From: Anaerolineae bacterium
GTDB taxonomy: Bacteria > Chloroflexota > Anaerolineae > CG2-30-64-16
Direction: 5' to 3'
DNA: 64,000 nt
Assembly (NCBI GenBank): GCA_040772005.1
Contig: JAXGYZ010000011.1
Coordinates: 45,228 to 109,227 of the forward strand
The position numbers and the translations under genes are program-made. Position 1 is the first letter of the stretch. Each line of letters begins with the position of its first letter. Of the stretch, positions 36,742-45,615 are shown in pieces. The notes below the pieces were generated by a model. It was given only the letters and a program-made list of their open reading frames with translations. It was not told the DNA's origin and did no database searches.

Positions 36742-37160
36742 CACTGCAGTACCTCCTCGACACGAATGTTATTTCTGAACCACTGCGACCTGTCCCCAAC
36801 CAGGAGGTGCTGAATCACTTACGGGAGCATCAGACCGAGATCGCGATCGCCGCTGTGGTCTGGCACGAGTTATGGTACGGCTGCAATCGGCTGCCGCCAT
36901 CATCCAAGCGCACAGCAATCGAGGCTTATCTCAAAGATGTGGTTGGTCGTGCGCTTCCGATCCTGGCGTATGACCAGCGAGCGGCGTCCTGGCATGCGGA
37001 GCAGCGGGCCCAACTGGCAAGGATTGGCAAGCTGCCACCATTTGCCGATGGACAGATCGCAGCCATTGCGGTCACGAATGGCTTGACACTGGTGACATTC
37101 AATCGCAATGACTATCTTTCCTTTCAAGGTCTGAGTTTGGAGGATTGGTATCAGGGCTGA
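36738..37160 (+). CDS. vapC: Type II toxin VapC (PIN-domain ribonuclease)
   Basis: LLDTNVISE (first acidic residue). 140 aa. C-terminal TFNRNDY motif. GTGA overlap with the antitoxin gene. Confidence 0.8.
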   Translation: MTLQYLLDTNVISEPLRPVPNQEVLNHLREHQTEIAIAAVVWHELWYGCNRLPPSSKRTAIEAYLKDVVGRALPILAYDQRAASWHAEQRAQLARIGKLPPFADGQIAAIAVTNGLTLVTFNRNDYLSFQGLSLEDWYQG

Positions 37161-37311
37161 AAGTGGGGACGCGGTTCTGTGTTACGCTGCGGCGCGTGGA
37201 GTAAACCCCCTCTGGTCGAAAGTCGGTTGCATGTTCGAATGCCTCGTGCTATGTTTGATTTGCACAGCACGGGGAAATGAGTCGTTTGGGCATCAAGAAG
37301 GAGATACTCGG

Positions 37312-38796
37312 TTGCTATCAGCGGTCGAACAGAAGAGACTGCAAATCTCAAAAAGCACCGACGCCAGGAAAAAATCGCGGCTCGGTCAGTTCTTTACGCC
37401 CGAAAGAACTGCTGCGTTTATGGCCGGGCTGTTCCCGGATGGAAGCGGTCTTTGTCGCCTTTTGGACGCAGGAGCCGGGATCGGTTCGTTATCGGCAGCT
37501 TTCTTGGATAGATGGCGGGATGGCGGTTTTCACTTTCAGCGCGTTGAAGTGGAGGCTTTTGAGCTGGATCACGATTTGATTGCGCCCTTATCGCAAACGC
37601 TGGATAGGTATAGCTATAGGAGCGATTTTTCCGGCAGTATCTACCAAGAAGATTTCATTCATGCTGCGGCTGAATCTCTGTCCGGCAATCTGTTTGCGAG
37701 ATCCTTGGAAGGCTATACGCACGCAATTCTAAATCCACCTTATAAGAAGATCAATAGTGATTCATCCCATCGGTTGGCTCTGCGCCGTATCGGCATTGAG
37801 ACGGTGAATTTGTATTCTGCCTTTGTGGCGCTGGCTGTGGCCGTGGCCACGCCCGGCGGGCAGATCGTGGCCATTATTCCGCGCAGTTTCTGCAATGGTC
37901 CATACTACCGCCCGTTCCGCGACTTCATCCTTGAGCGGGCGGCCATCAGACACATGCACCTGTTTGAATCGCGCAGCAAGGCTTTTAAGGATGATGAGGT
38001 CTTGCAGGAGAATATGATCATTCGCTTGGAGCGTGACGCTCAACAGGGGAAGGTGACGGTTTCGATTTCAACCGATGACACTTTCTTTGACCTTGTGACC
38101 CATGAACATCCGTTTGACCGGATTGTGTTTCCGGATGATCCCGAGCGGTTCATCCATGTCCCCACCACGACTGAGAAAAGTGCCATCGAACTGTCAACCG
38201 CCGTGCGCTGCTCGTTGAATGATATCGGTATTGAGGTGTCGACCGGGCCGATAGTCGATTTCCGCTTGAAAGCGCACCTGCGCGACATGCCTGAGGCTGG
38301 CGCCGTCCCCCTAATCTATCCCGGACACTTGCGCATGACCGGGATGGTGTGGCCCGCGCCAGGCTCGAGGAAGCCGAACGCGATCATGCGCAACGACGAG
38401 ACGGAAAAGTGGCTTTACCCGAACGGGTTTTATTGTGTGGTCCGCCGCTTCTCGTCGAAAGAGGAAAAGCGCCGCATAGTAGCCAGCGTGGTCGATCCGG
38501 CCGCATTTGGCGGTCATTCCGTTTTGGGTTTTGAGAACCATATTAACTTGTTTCACGAGAACAAACACGGTTTGCCCGAACTGCTGGCCCGTGGGCTGGC
38601 CGTGTTTTTGAACACGACCGCCGTAGATGAGCATTTCCGGCGCTTCAACGGCCACACACAGGTCAATGCTACTGACCTCAGGCTGATGAAGTACCCGAGC
38701 CGTGATGCCTTGTTCCGGGTTGGCGAGTGGGCCATGCAGCAAGAAATGCTCACGCAAGACCAGATCGACGCCCAGCTAGGAACCCTGATCGTATGA
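37312..38796 (+). CDS. N6-adenine DNA methyltransferase, PstI/BsuBI-type (Eco57I-like gamma class)
   Basis: LGQFFTPE, LLDAGAGIGSL (SAM motif I), AILNPPYKKI (motif IV). TTG at 37312 lies 8 nt after AAGGAG; the start is uncertain. Confidence 0.8.
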   Translation: MLSAVEQKRLQISKSTDARKKSRLGQFFTPERTAAFMAGLFPDGSGLCRLLDAGAGIGSLSAAFLDRWRDGGFHFQRVEVEAFELDHDLIAPLSQTLDRYSYRSDFSGSIYQEDFIHAAAESLSGNLFARSLEGYTHAILNPPYKKINSDSSHRLALRRIGIETVNLYSAFVALAVAVATPGGQIVAIIPRSFCNGPYYRPFRDFILERAAIRHMHLFESRSKAFKDDEVLQENMIIRLERDAQQGKVTVSISTDDTFFDLVTHEHPFDRIVFPDDPERFIHVPTTTEKSAIELSTAVRCSLNDIGIEVSTGPIVDFRLKAHLRDMPEAGAVPLIYPGHLRMTGMVWPAPGSRKPNAIMRNDETEKWLYPNGFYCVVRRFSSKEEKRRIVASVVDPAAFGGHSVLGFENHINLFHENKHGLPELLARGLAVFLNTTAVDEHFRRFNGHTQVNATDLRLMKYPSRDALFRVGEWAMQQEMLTQDQIDAQLGTLIV

Positions 38797-39746
38797 CCGA
38801 CCAGAATGACTACATTGGGGCTGCACAGCAAATCATCGTTTCCTTGGGCCTGCCTCGTGCACAGCAGAACGAGCGTTCCGCCCTGTGTCTGCTGGCCCTC
38901 CTGAACCTCACGCCGGGCAAAGCATGGGCCGACGCGGGAAATCCGCTTGTGGGCATCACCCCGATTATGGATTGGGCACGGGAGCACTACGGCAAGGAAT
39001 ACGCGCCCAACACCCGCGAGACATTCCGCCGCCAGTCCATGCACCAGTTTTGCGACGCTGGCGTGGCCCTCTACAACCCGGACAAGCCCGACCGTCCGGT
39101 GAATAGCCCGAAGGCGGTTTATCAGATCGAACCTGCCGCGTTAGCTCTGCTGCGTACCTTCGGCACTCCGGCATGGCATGATAACCTCGCTGCCTATCTG
39201 GCTCGACGTGAGACATTGGTAGCCAAGTATGCCAGGGAACGCGTACAGAGCCGCGTCCCGGTTGAGATTGCAGCCGGTCAGCGGATCACTCTCAGCCCGG
39301 GAGAGCATAGCGAATTGATCCGGGCAATCATCGAGGACTTCGCCCCGCGCTTCGCGCCGGGTAGCGTGCTGGTCTATGTCGGCGACACGAGCGACAAATG
39401 GGGTTACTTCGACGCCGTCCTGTTGGCCGGTCTGGGTGTCGAGGTGGATACACACGGCAAGATGCCCGATGTGGTGCTGCACTACACCGCGAAAAACTGG
39501 CTGCTGTTGGTTGAATCGGTCACCAGCCACGGGCCGGTCGATGGCAAACGGCACGTCGAGCTCGCCAAGTTATTTGCCGGCTCGACCGCGGGACTCGTCT
39601 ATGTGACTGCCTTTCCTAACCGGGTCACTATGGGCCGCTATCTTGGCGAAATCGCTTGGGAAACCGAGGTGTGGGTAGCGGATGCGCCATCGCACCTGAT
39701 TCACTTCAATGGCGCGCGCTTTCTGGGCCCGCACGGGGCGACGTAA
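38793..39746 (+). CDS. Type II restriction endonuclease, BsuBI/PstI family
   Basis: ATGA overlap with the methylase stop. ERSALCLLALL...ITPIMDWAREHYGKEYAPNTRETFRRQSMHQFCDAGV...NPDKPDRPVNSPKAVYQI matches my recollection of the family N-terminal domain. 317 aa. Confidence 0.65.
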   Translation: MTDQNDYIGAAQQIIVSLGLPRAQQNERSALCLLALLNLTPGKAWADAGNPLVGITPIMDWAREHYGKEYAPNTRETFRRQSMHQFCDAGVALYNPDKPDRPVNSPKAVYQIEPAALALLRTFGTPAWHDNLAAYLARRETLVAKYARERVQSRVPVEIAAGQRITLSPGEHSELIRAIIEDFAPRFAPGSVLVYVGDTSDKWGYFDAVLLAGLGVEVDTHGKMPDVVLHYTAKNWLLLVESVTSHGPVDGKRHVELAKLFAGSTAGLVYVTAFPNRVTMGRYLGEIAWETEVWVADAPSHLIHFNGARFLGPHGAT

Positions 39747-39826
39747 CCCTGGAGACAGTTGGCAGCTTTGCTGTGCGATGTGGATGACGGTCGCACGATA
39801 GCCGGATCGCGACTGAACCGCAACAC

Positions 39827-39862
39827 AAAAAGGAGGGCCCCCCATGGGGACCCTCCTTCTTT
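39827..39862. terminator. Bidirectional intrinsic terminator
   Basis: aaaa-aggagggcccc-ccat-ggggaccctcct-tcttt, with an A-run on one side and a T-run on the other, between convergent genes. Confidence 0.65.
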
Positions 39863-39872
39863 ATCGCCAGTT

Positions 39873-39907
39873 GTTGTAGAGACGCTCCGTCGGAACGTCT
39901 CTACAAC
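39873..39907. terminator. 12-bp-stem hairpin just downstream of the cytochrome gene
   Basis: gttgtagagacg-ctccgtcggaa-cgtctctacaac. Confidence 0.5.
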
Positions 39908-39916
39908 CGATGCTGT

Positions 39917-42328
39917 TTACTTGAACAGCGGCATGACCTCGTCGAACACCGATTGGAGGGTTTCCAGTGGCGCTTCGCCAGCCTCGACGAAGTAGCCGCC
40001 CATGTCCATGTGCTCTTTCAGCATGGCGAACCCGCCGGCACTGTCTTCCTTGATCAACTCAGCCCGGTGGCAGCCGCCGCAGGCGCGGGTGGCCGGCCCG
40101 GTGACGTAGGACGGAACGCTCTCGATGTCCCGGTCCAGCGTCTCGTTGTCGTCGGATGCCGACAGCAGCCCCGGCAGCGACTTGCCCTGATCCGGTACCT
40201 CGTAGGTGCCCGGGAAGTGGCAGGATTCGCAGTTCGTGTTGGCGTGCGTCGGATACGGGAACGCGATGTGGTGCTCATAGTGCATGGCCTGCACCGGGTC
40301 GCCGAAGTCGATGTCGCTGATGTCGAAGGCCTGACCGGAGTGGATCGCGTGCGCATAGGAATCCAGCGACCGCGACTGCATCTCCAGGTGTGAGCCGCCC
40401 GACTTGGTGACATGGCACATCCGGCAGGCAGTCACACTGCCGCCGTAATCCGGGCTGTGGAAGTTCGTGGCGAGCGCGGCATGGCAGTTCTGGCACTTTT
40501 CGATGTCCGCGATAGGCTTGAAGTACTTGTCGTCGAACGCGTTCGCGGCCAGGTCGAATGTCCTGGTGGTCGCGTCGATGGCGAGTTCCTGCTCATCGAC
40601 CACGAGGGCCGGGAGCACACCCACTTCCACGCGCTTCACGGTGCCATTCGCGATGAGGTCCTTCCAGGGCGACAGGTCCGCGGTGATTTCCCACTGGCCG
40701 CCCTCCGCGGAGACTGTCTTCATGCGCGGATGCTCGGCGCCGACCTCGAATTCGAGGGTGCGCATGTCCTTGCTGTCGATCGTGCCGTCGCCATTGTCAT
40801 CGAACAGCCGCTCGTGCGCGCCGACCACGAAGTCCTTCGTGTTCCAGCCGTACAGGCCTACCAGCACGCTCGGCACGATGTCGGCGGCGTCCACGCCTTC
40901 GATGTCCGGTGATTCCGCTGCGCTGAACTTCACGCTCAACGTATCGCCGTCCAGCATCGCGCTCTCGATGGTGACCGAGATGGCGTCGGAATAGCGGATG
41001 CCGTCTGCGGTGTAGATCGTGGTGTCGTAGCCGGTGTGGGCCACGCTCCAGGCGGGTGCCATCTTGCCTTCGCCGTGGCAGGTCGAGCAGTCAGTTGTCG
41101 CCAGGTCCATGTTGGCGTGCGGGCCGGTCAGGAGGGTCTTCAGCGCCAGGCCGGTCGTGTCGTAAGCCGGGTCTTCGCCCTCGGCGGCCTCAGCCTTCGC
41201 GCCCGTCATGGGGTGGCAGCTACGGCAGGTCGTGATGTTGAAGGTGGCATCCGTCAACACAGCGTCGAGTTTGCCTGCATGGCAGGTGACGCAGTTCGCC
41301 ATGGATTGCGGATACGGGAATTCCATGGCATGCGACATGTGCACGTCGTTCATGACGGACGGGTTGTACGCGAACTGCTGGTGCTGCTCTTCGGTCAGCT
41401 CGACTTCGCCGGCCAGGAACTGCGCAGCCAGCGGCGGATCCTCAACCAGGAGCTGCCATTCGAAGTGCTCGCCGGTGCCGTTATCCAGGTGGCAGGCCTT
41501 GCAGGTATAGAAGTCGGTGGCCGAGTCATTATCGACCTGCCCGTAGATGTAGCTGTGCTTGAGATAGGGCTGCGTGTGGCACAGCTCGCAGCCATCGTTG
41601 TTGGCCGGCGAAACATAGTCGACGCCCGCGCCGGTCTCGAGCACGGCTGCGAACGGGAACCTGTTCTGGTCGACGCGCGTGCCCGGAATCCGCCGGACGG
41701 TTTCGTCGCGGCCGTAGATGACGATGAGGCCGTTGACGCCGCTGATGTCGGTGTAGTCAACGAAATCCTCGGCGCCTGCTTCCTTCTCGACCAGCGTGCT
41801 TGTCACGTTGCCGGCGCCGTCCCAGGTCAGGTTACCCTTGAGGGCCAAACGCTCTGCCGGCGGGTCGAACTGGAACTTGCCGTCCGCGTAGGGCACGAAG
41901 TAGATGCTGATGTTGTCAGCCTGCTTCGGGTCGAACGGTTGGCCGTTCTTCGTCATCTTGAAGGTGATGGTGGTCGTATCGGGTGCGGACGTGAAGGCAT
42001 AGGCCACATCCGTGACCTTGATCACGCCGTCCTGGTACAACTCATCGTAGGACGCCTGGTGCTTTTCACCAGCGTCCTTGTGGCAGATCGCGCAGGTTTC
42101 AGGCGGGGTCTTCGTGTCGGCGACCATCGTCACGCCGGCTTCGCCAGCGGGACCGGCGGGGCCAGCGGGACCGGCAGGACCGGCAGGACCGGCGGGGCCA
42201 GCAGGGCCTGCGGGACCGGCAGGACCTTGCGGGCCGGCAGGGCCGGCGGGGCCAGGAGTGCCCGCGCAGGCCACGAGGGTGGTCAAGACGACCACCAGAG
42301 CGAGGAGGACCAGAAGTGTTCTTTTCAT
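39917..42328 (-). CDS. Decaheme c-type cytochrome lipoprotein with an N-terminal collagen-like (Gly-X-Y)14 stalk
   Basis: Ten CxxCH motifs (CAICH, CELCH, CKACH, CVTCH, CRSCH, CSTCH, CQNCH, CRMCH, CESCH, CGGCH). Signal peptide with lipobox [16 protein letters not shown](GPA)9GEA follows directly after the lipobox. ATG at 42328 is preceded by GGAGAGAAAGG. Confidence 0.9.
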   Translation of the reverse strand: MKRTLLVLLALVVVLTTLVACAGTPGPAGPAGPQGPAGPAGPAGPAGPAGPAGPAGPAGPAGEAGVTMVADTKTPPETCAICHKDAGEKHQASYDELYQDGVIKVTDVAYAFTSAPDTTTITFKMTKNGQPFDPKQADNISIYFVPYADGKFQFDPPAERLALKGNLTWDGAGNVTSTLVEKEAGAEDFVDYTDISGVNGLIVIYGRDETVRRIPGTRVDQNRFPFAAVLETGAGVDYVSPANNDGCELCHTQPYLKHSYIYGQVDNDSATDFYTCKACHLDNGTGEHFEWQLLVEDPPLAAQFLAGEVELTEEQHQQFAYNPSVMNDVHMSHAMEFPYPQSMANCVTCHAGKLDAVLTDATFNITTCRSCHPMTGAKAEAAEGEDPAYDTTGLALKTLLTGPHANMDLATTDCSTCHGEGKMAPAWSVAHTGYDTTIYTADGIRYSDAISVTIESAMLDGDTLSVKFSAAESPDIEGVDAADIVPSVLVGLYGWNTKDFVVGAHERLFDDNGDGTIDSKDMRTLEFEVGAEHPRMKTVSAEGGQWEITADLSPWKDLIANGTVKRVEVGVLPALVVDEQELAIDATTRTFDLAANAFDDKYFKPIADIEKCQNCHAALATNFHSPDYGGSVTACRMCHVTKSGGSHLEMQSRSLDSYAHAIHSGQAFDISDIDFGDPVQAMHYEHHIAFPYPTHANTNCESCHFPGTYEVPDQGKSLPGLLSASDDNETLDRDIESVPSYVTGPATRACGGCHRAELIKEDSAGGFAMLKEHMDMGGYFVEAGEAPLETLQSVFDEVMPLFK
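42134..42262 (-). repeat. Collagen-like triplet repeat coding region (14 x Gly-X-Y, mostly GPA)
   Basis: 9-nt periodic ggaccggca/ggg units on the plus strand, in frame with the cytochrome. Confidence 0.9.
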
Positions 42329-42397
42329 GTTTGCCTTTCTCTCCATTGAGGGTGGTGGGTTGGAGATAGTGGTCTGAATGTAAGGAGGACCACATAG

Positions 42398-42426
42398 AGG
42401 GTACCATATTGTGCTATTTGTGTCAA
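42398..42426 (-). promoter_or_regulatory. Candidate promoter of the cytochrome gene
   Basis: TTGACA-17 nt-TACCCT on the minus strand; the -10 element is weak. Confidence 0.3.
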
Positions 42427-42476
42427 AACCAGAAAATGAGGTAAGTGCTCAGCGCTACCTCGCAGCCCAAGATCAG

Positions 42477-42523
42477 CACGCCCACAACCCCGATTTCTCG
42501 GAGAAACCGGGGTTGTGGGCGTG
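42477..42523 (-). terminator. 16-bp-stem hairpin downstream of feoB
   Basis: cacgcccacaaccccg ... cggggttgtgggcgtg. Confidence 0.55.
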
Positions 42524-42616
42524 CACAGTTGCAAAACGAGGGAAATCGCTCGGGGCCGATATATGAATTTTAGGCATCTGGGGCTATTGTGACAGCGGCC
42601 CGAAGCGGCAAGGCTA

Positions 42617-44626
42617 TCAGAACGACAGCAGCCACCGTGCGATGTGATAGATGACCGTGCCCAACGCCAGCGAAATGACCAGCGGCACCGCGATGCTGAG
42701 GGCCGTCCAGCCCCAATTGCGCGTCTCCTGCCGGATCGCGGCCACCGTCGCGACGCACGGCACGAACAGCATCTGCACGGCCATGAACGCCAGTGCCGCG
42801 GCCGGCGTCACGATGCCGGTCAGCGTCTCCGCGAGTCCTTCTCCGGCTTGCCCGGCGCCATACAGGACTCCCAGTGTGGCGATGACGTTTTCCTTGCGGA
42901 CGAAGCTCGTCACCAGCGCGACCATCAACTGCCAGCTCAGGCCCATCCACGCGCCGACCGGTTCGAGCAGCCGGCCAAACGCGGCGAGGTAGCTCGTTTC
43001 CACCTGTCCCGTCGGCAGGTTGAGCAGCGCCCATAGCACCACAGAGACCACCAGGATGATGCTGCCGGCCACGCGCAGGAAGTCAACCAGCCGTTCGTAG
43101 ATGGAGCGGAGAATCGCGCGCGCATCGGGCGGGTGATACAGCGGCAGTTCCATGATGAAGGCGATGTGCTCGCCGCCCAGCAGCAGCTCGTGCAGCAACA
43201 GGCCCACCAACGCCATGATCACGACGGCCAGCGCCATCAAGGCCAGCGCCACCCAGGGTGCGTGCGCAGCAAAGAAGATCGGCGTCAGGATCGCCACCAC
43301 GCTCATGCGCGCGGGGCAGGGCACGAAGGGGGCCAGGAGAATCGTCAACAGCCGCGCCTTCGTGGAGTCGATGGTGCGGGCCGCCATGACGGCGGGCACA
43401 TTGCAGCCGAAGCCGAGAAACAGGGGCAGGAAGCTCTTGCCGTGCAGGCCCATGAAGTGCATGAAGCGGTCGGTGACGTAGGCCGCGCGCGCGATATAGC
43501 CCACGTCTTCCAGCAGCCCCAGCGCCGCGAAGAAAATCAGCAGGATGGGCAGGAACGTCAGCACCAGCCCGACCCCCGCGATGATCCCGTCGGCTACGAG
43601 GCTGCCGACCCAACCCGGTGCGCCGGCCAGCGCGGCACGCGCCCACGCCGCACCCGCCTGCACCAGGTGTGTATCCAGGAACGCCTGGAGCGGCGTGCCG
43701 ATGGCATAGGTCAGCCAGAACGTCAGCCCCAGCACCGCAGCCAGGATCACCAATCCCACGACCGGGTGTGTCGCCAACCGGTCGATGCGGCTGGTGAGGG
43801 ACACCCGCCCCGGCCGCGGCCGCGTGACTGCCGCGCGCACCATCCGCCCGATCCACTCGTAGCGGCCGCTCGCGACTGCCAGCACGGCGTCTTCGTGCCG
43901 CATCAGTAGGGCGTGCAGGGTCGTCCACCCGTCGCCCAGCCGCGGCCGCATCAGCGCGGTGATTTCGGCATCGCCTTCCAGCAGTTTCAGCGCCACCCAG
44001 TGTTCGGGATAGGGCGCGGGTACGTGCCCGGTAATGAGCCGGCTCACCTCCGCCAGCACAGCCGCGTGGTCCGTGCGAATCTCCGGTCGCCGCGGGGACA
44101 AGCTGGCGGGTTGGCGTGCCGTATGGGCCGCGGCTTCTATCAGCTCACGTACTCCCTGGTTGCGGGTTGCCACCATGGGGACTACCGGCACGCCCAGCGC
44201 CGCCTCCAGTACGTGCGGCTCCACTTGCAGTCCTTCCTGCGCGGCAACGTCCATCAGGTTGAGGCCCACCACAATGGGAATCGGCAGATGCAGCAGCTCG
44301 GCCAGCAGATAGAGGTTTCGTTCGAGCGCCGCGGCGTCGACCACTACGGCCACGACATCCGGCCGCTGGCAGATGATGTAGTCCCGCGCGATGCGTTCTT
44401 CTTCTGAGTTGGCCGTGAGGCTGTAGATGCCTGGCAGGTCCACCACGCGCAGCCGCGTCCCGTTCTGACGATACTCGCCGATGCGTTGCTCGCTGGTCTT
44501 GCCGGGCCAGTTGGCGACGTGCTGCGATAGCCCCGTGAGCATGTTGAAGATGATCGACTTGCCCACGTTGGGCTGGCCGACCAATGCGACTGTGAGGGGG
44601 ACTGGCTCAACCACCTTGTGCGCCAT
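42617..44626 (-). CDS. feoB: Ferrous iron transporter FeoB
   Basis: G-domain VALVGQPNVGKS, DLPG; nucleoside-recognition and gate membrane domains. ATG at 44626. Confidence 0.92.
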   Translation of the reverse strand: MAHKVVEPVPLTVALVGQPNVGKSIIFNMLTGLSQHVANWPGKTSEQRIGEYRQNGTRLRVVDLPGIYSLTANSEEERIARDYIICQRPDVVAVVVDAAALERNLYLLAELLHLPIPIVVGLNLMDVAAQEGLQVEPHVLEAALGVPVVPMVATRNQGVRELIEAAAHTARQPASLSPRRPEIRTDHAAVLAEVSRLITGHVPAPYPEHWVALKLLEGDAEITALMRPRLGDGWTTLHALLMRHEDAVLAVASGRYEWIGRMVRAAVTRPRPGRVSLTSRIDRLATHPVVGLVILAAVLGLTFWLTYAIGTPLQAFLDTHLVQAGAAWARAALAGAPGWVGSLVADGIIAGVGLVLTFLPILLIFFAALGLLEDVGYIARAAYVTDRFMHFMGLHGKSFLPLFLGFGCNVPAVMAARTIDSTKARLLTILLAPFVPCPARMSVVAILTPIFFAAHAPWVALALMALAVVIMALVGLLLHELLLGGEHIAFIMELPLYHPPDARAILRSIYERLVDFLRVAGSIILVVSVVLWALLNLPTGQVETSYLAAFGRLLEPVGAWMGLSWQLMVALVTSFVRKENVIATLGVLYGAGQAGEGLAETLTGIVTPAAALAFMAVQMLFVPCVATVAAIRQETRNWGWTALSIAVPLVISLALGTVIYHIARWLLSF

Positions 44627-45419
44627 GATCTGCCTTTTCGGGAATGACCAGGACATGGGCGGCCTCGCCGCGGCCCAGCACCAGCCGCGTATCGCGCACG
44701 AGGACGATGACCGGCCCGTTACTCGGGTTCTGTGCCACTTCCAGGCGCGTGCCCGGCGTCAGGCCCAGTGCTGCCAGCCGCGCCATCAACTCATGCCCGC
44801 CCGTCAGCGCGGCGACGCGGGCGGAGCTGCCGGTCGGCAGCGCGCGCAGGGCGAGCGACTCAGCCGGATTGACGGCGTCCGGCTGCGCAGCCGCCACGGC
44901 ATCCCCAGGGCGCAGGGAGCGGCGGAGGATGTTGACGACGCGGGAGCGCGGGCCGGTCTTACGCCGGGCCTCCGGTGCAGCCGGCGGCGGCTGGACGGTC
45001 ACGCGACAGTTCGCGCAGGTGCCCAGCAGGTCCACCTGCGCATCGGCAATCGTGTAGTCCAGCTCGCGGCCTACGGCCTCCTTCAGTTGCTCGATCAGGG
45101 GGCTGGTGAACTCGACGACCGAACCGCAGTTCCGGCAGACGAGATGGTAGTGCGTGGCAGGCGCTTTGAGTTCATAATGGTGGTGATCTTCGCCCAGGTG
45201 TTGCTCGTCCACGAGGTCGAGGTCGCGGAGCAGGCCCAGAGTGCGATAGACCGTGGAGAGGTTCAGCCGGGGATCCCGCTCCTGCGCGAGGCGATAGAGC
45301 TCGCGCGCGTCCAGATGGCCGCCGTGCTCCTGGAGCAGCTCCAGGAGCAGGCGACGCTGGTCGGTCAGCCGCCGGCCTGACCCGCGCAAGGTATCGCGCA
45401 ACTCAGATTGAGGAGACAT
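44607..45419 (-). CDS. Fur-family metalloregulator fused to a C-terminal FeoA domain
   Basis: N-terminus LTDQRRLLLELL...HLDARELY...LNLSTVYRTLGLL...HHHYELK..HYHLVCRNCG...GTCANC (Fur with a CxxC/CxxC zinc site). Pro/Arg linker. C-terminus LRALPTGSSARVAALTGG...RLAALGLTPGTRLEV...PVIVLVRDTRLVLGRGEAAHVLV (FeoA SH3-like). One uninterrupted frame, with its 3' end overlapping feoB by 20 nt. Confidence 0.75.
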   Translation of the reverse strand: MSPQSELRDTLRGSGRRLTDQRRLLLELLQEHGGHLDARELYRLAQERDPRLNLSTVYRTLGLLRDLDLVDEQHLGEDHHHYELKAPATHYHLVCRNCGSVVEFTSPLIEQLKEAVGRELDYTIADAQVDLLGTCANCRVTVQPPPAAPEARRKTGPRSRVVNILRRSLRPGDAVAAAQPDAVNPAESLALRALPTGSSARVAALTGGHELMARLAALGLTPGTRLEVAQNPSNGPVIVLVRDTRLVLGRGEAAHVLVIPEKADHGAQGG

Positions 45420-45437
45420 GCGGGGAACCTCCACTTG

Positions 45438-45460
45438 TTGCAAATGCCACTTATTCGCAA
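45438..45460 (-). promoter_or_regulatory. Fur-box-like palindrome TTGCGAAT-N7-ATTTGCAA
   Basis: 7/8 matching inverted arms that abut the -10 element of the fur-feoA promoter, between it and the SD. Confidence 0.5.
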
Positions 45461-45488
45461 GTGTAGGCTCCCCTGGTCGATGTGTCAA
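45460..45488 (-). promoter_or_regulatory. Sigma70-type promoter of fur-feoA-feoB
   Basis: TTGACA-17 nt-TACACT on the minus strand. Confidence 0.55.
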
Positions 45489-45517
45489 ATCGAGGGGCAC
45501 GATTTCCCAATGTAGCT

Positions 45518-45587
45518 GGAGTCGAGGCTTTAGCCGGTCAGGTCGCCCGTATGCGTACACGACCCATCCGGCTAAAGCCTCGACTCC
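45518..45587 (-). repeat. 70-bp palindromic intergenic repeat, copy 4 (core inverted)
   Basis: ggagtcgaggctttagccgg ... ccggctaaagcctcgactcc. The core is the reverse complement of the copy 1 core (gtgtacgcata). Confidence 0.9.
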
Positions 45588-45615
45588 AGCCAGCCGTTGC
45601 ACTTGGCACTGTGGA

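Noticed and set aside
36350-39900. Prophage or integrative element carrying the TA/R-M genes.
   Set aside because: No integrase, transposase, tRNA target or flanking direct repeats are visible. Only compositional difference (judged by eye) supports horizontal origin.
42134-42262. GPA repeat as meaningless low-complexity DNA or a separate gene.
   Set aside because: It is in frame, uninterrupted Gly-X-Y, and positioned exactly between the lipobox and the first heme site, so it is treated as part of the cytochrome. An assembly artefact in the copy number remains possible.
6127-45587. Possible CRISPR array formed from the palindromic repeats.
   Set aside because: The repeats are dispersed singly, kilobases apart in intergenic regions, not arrayed with regular spacers. 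No cas genes are present.
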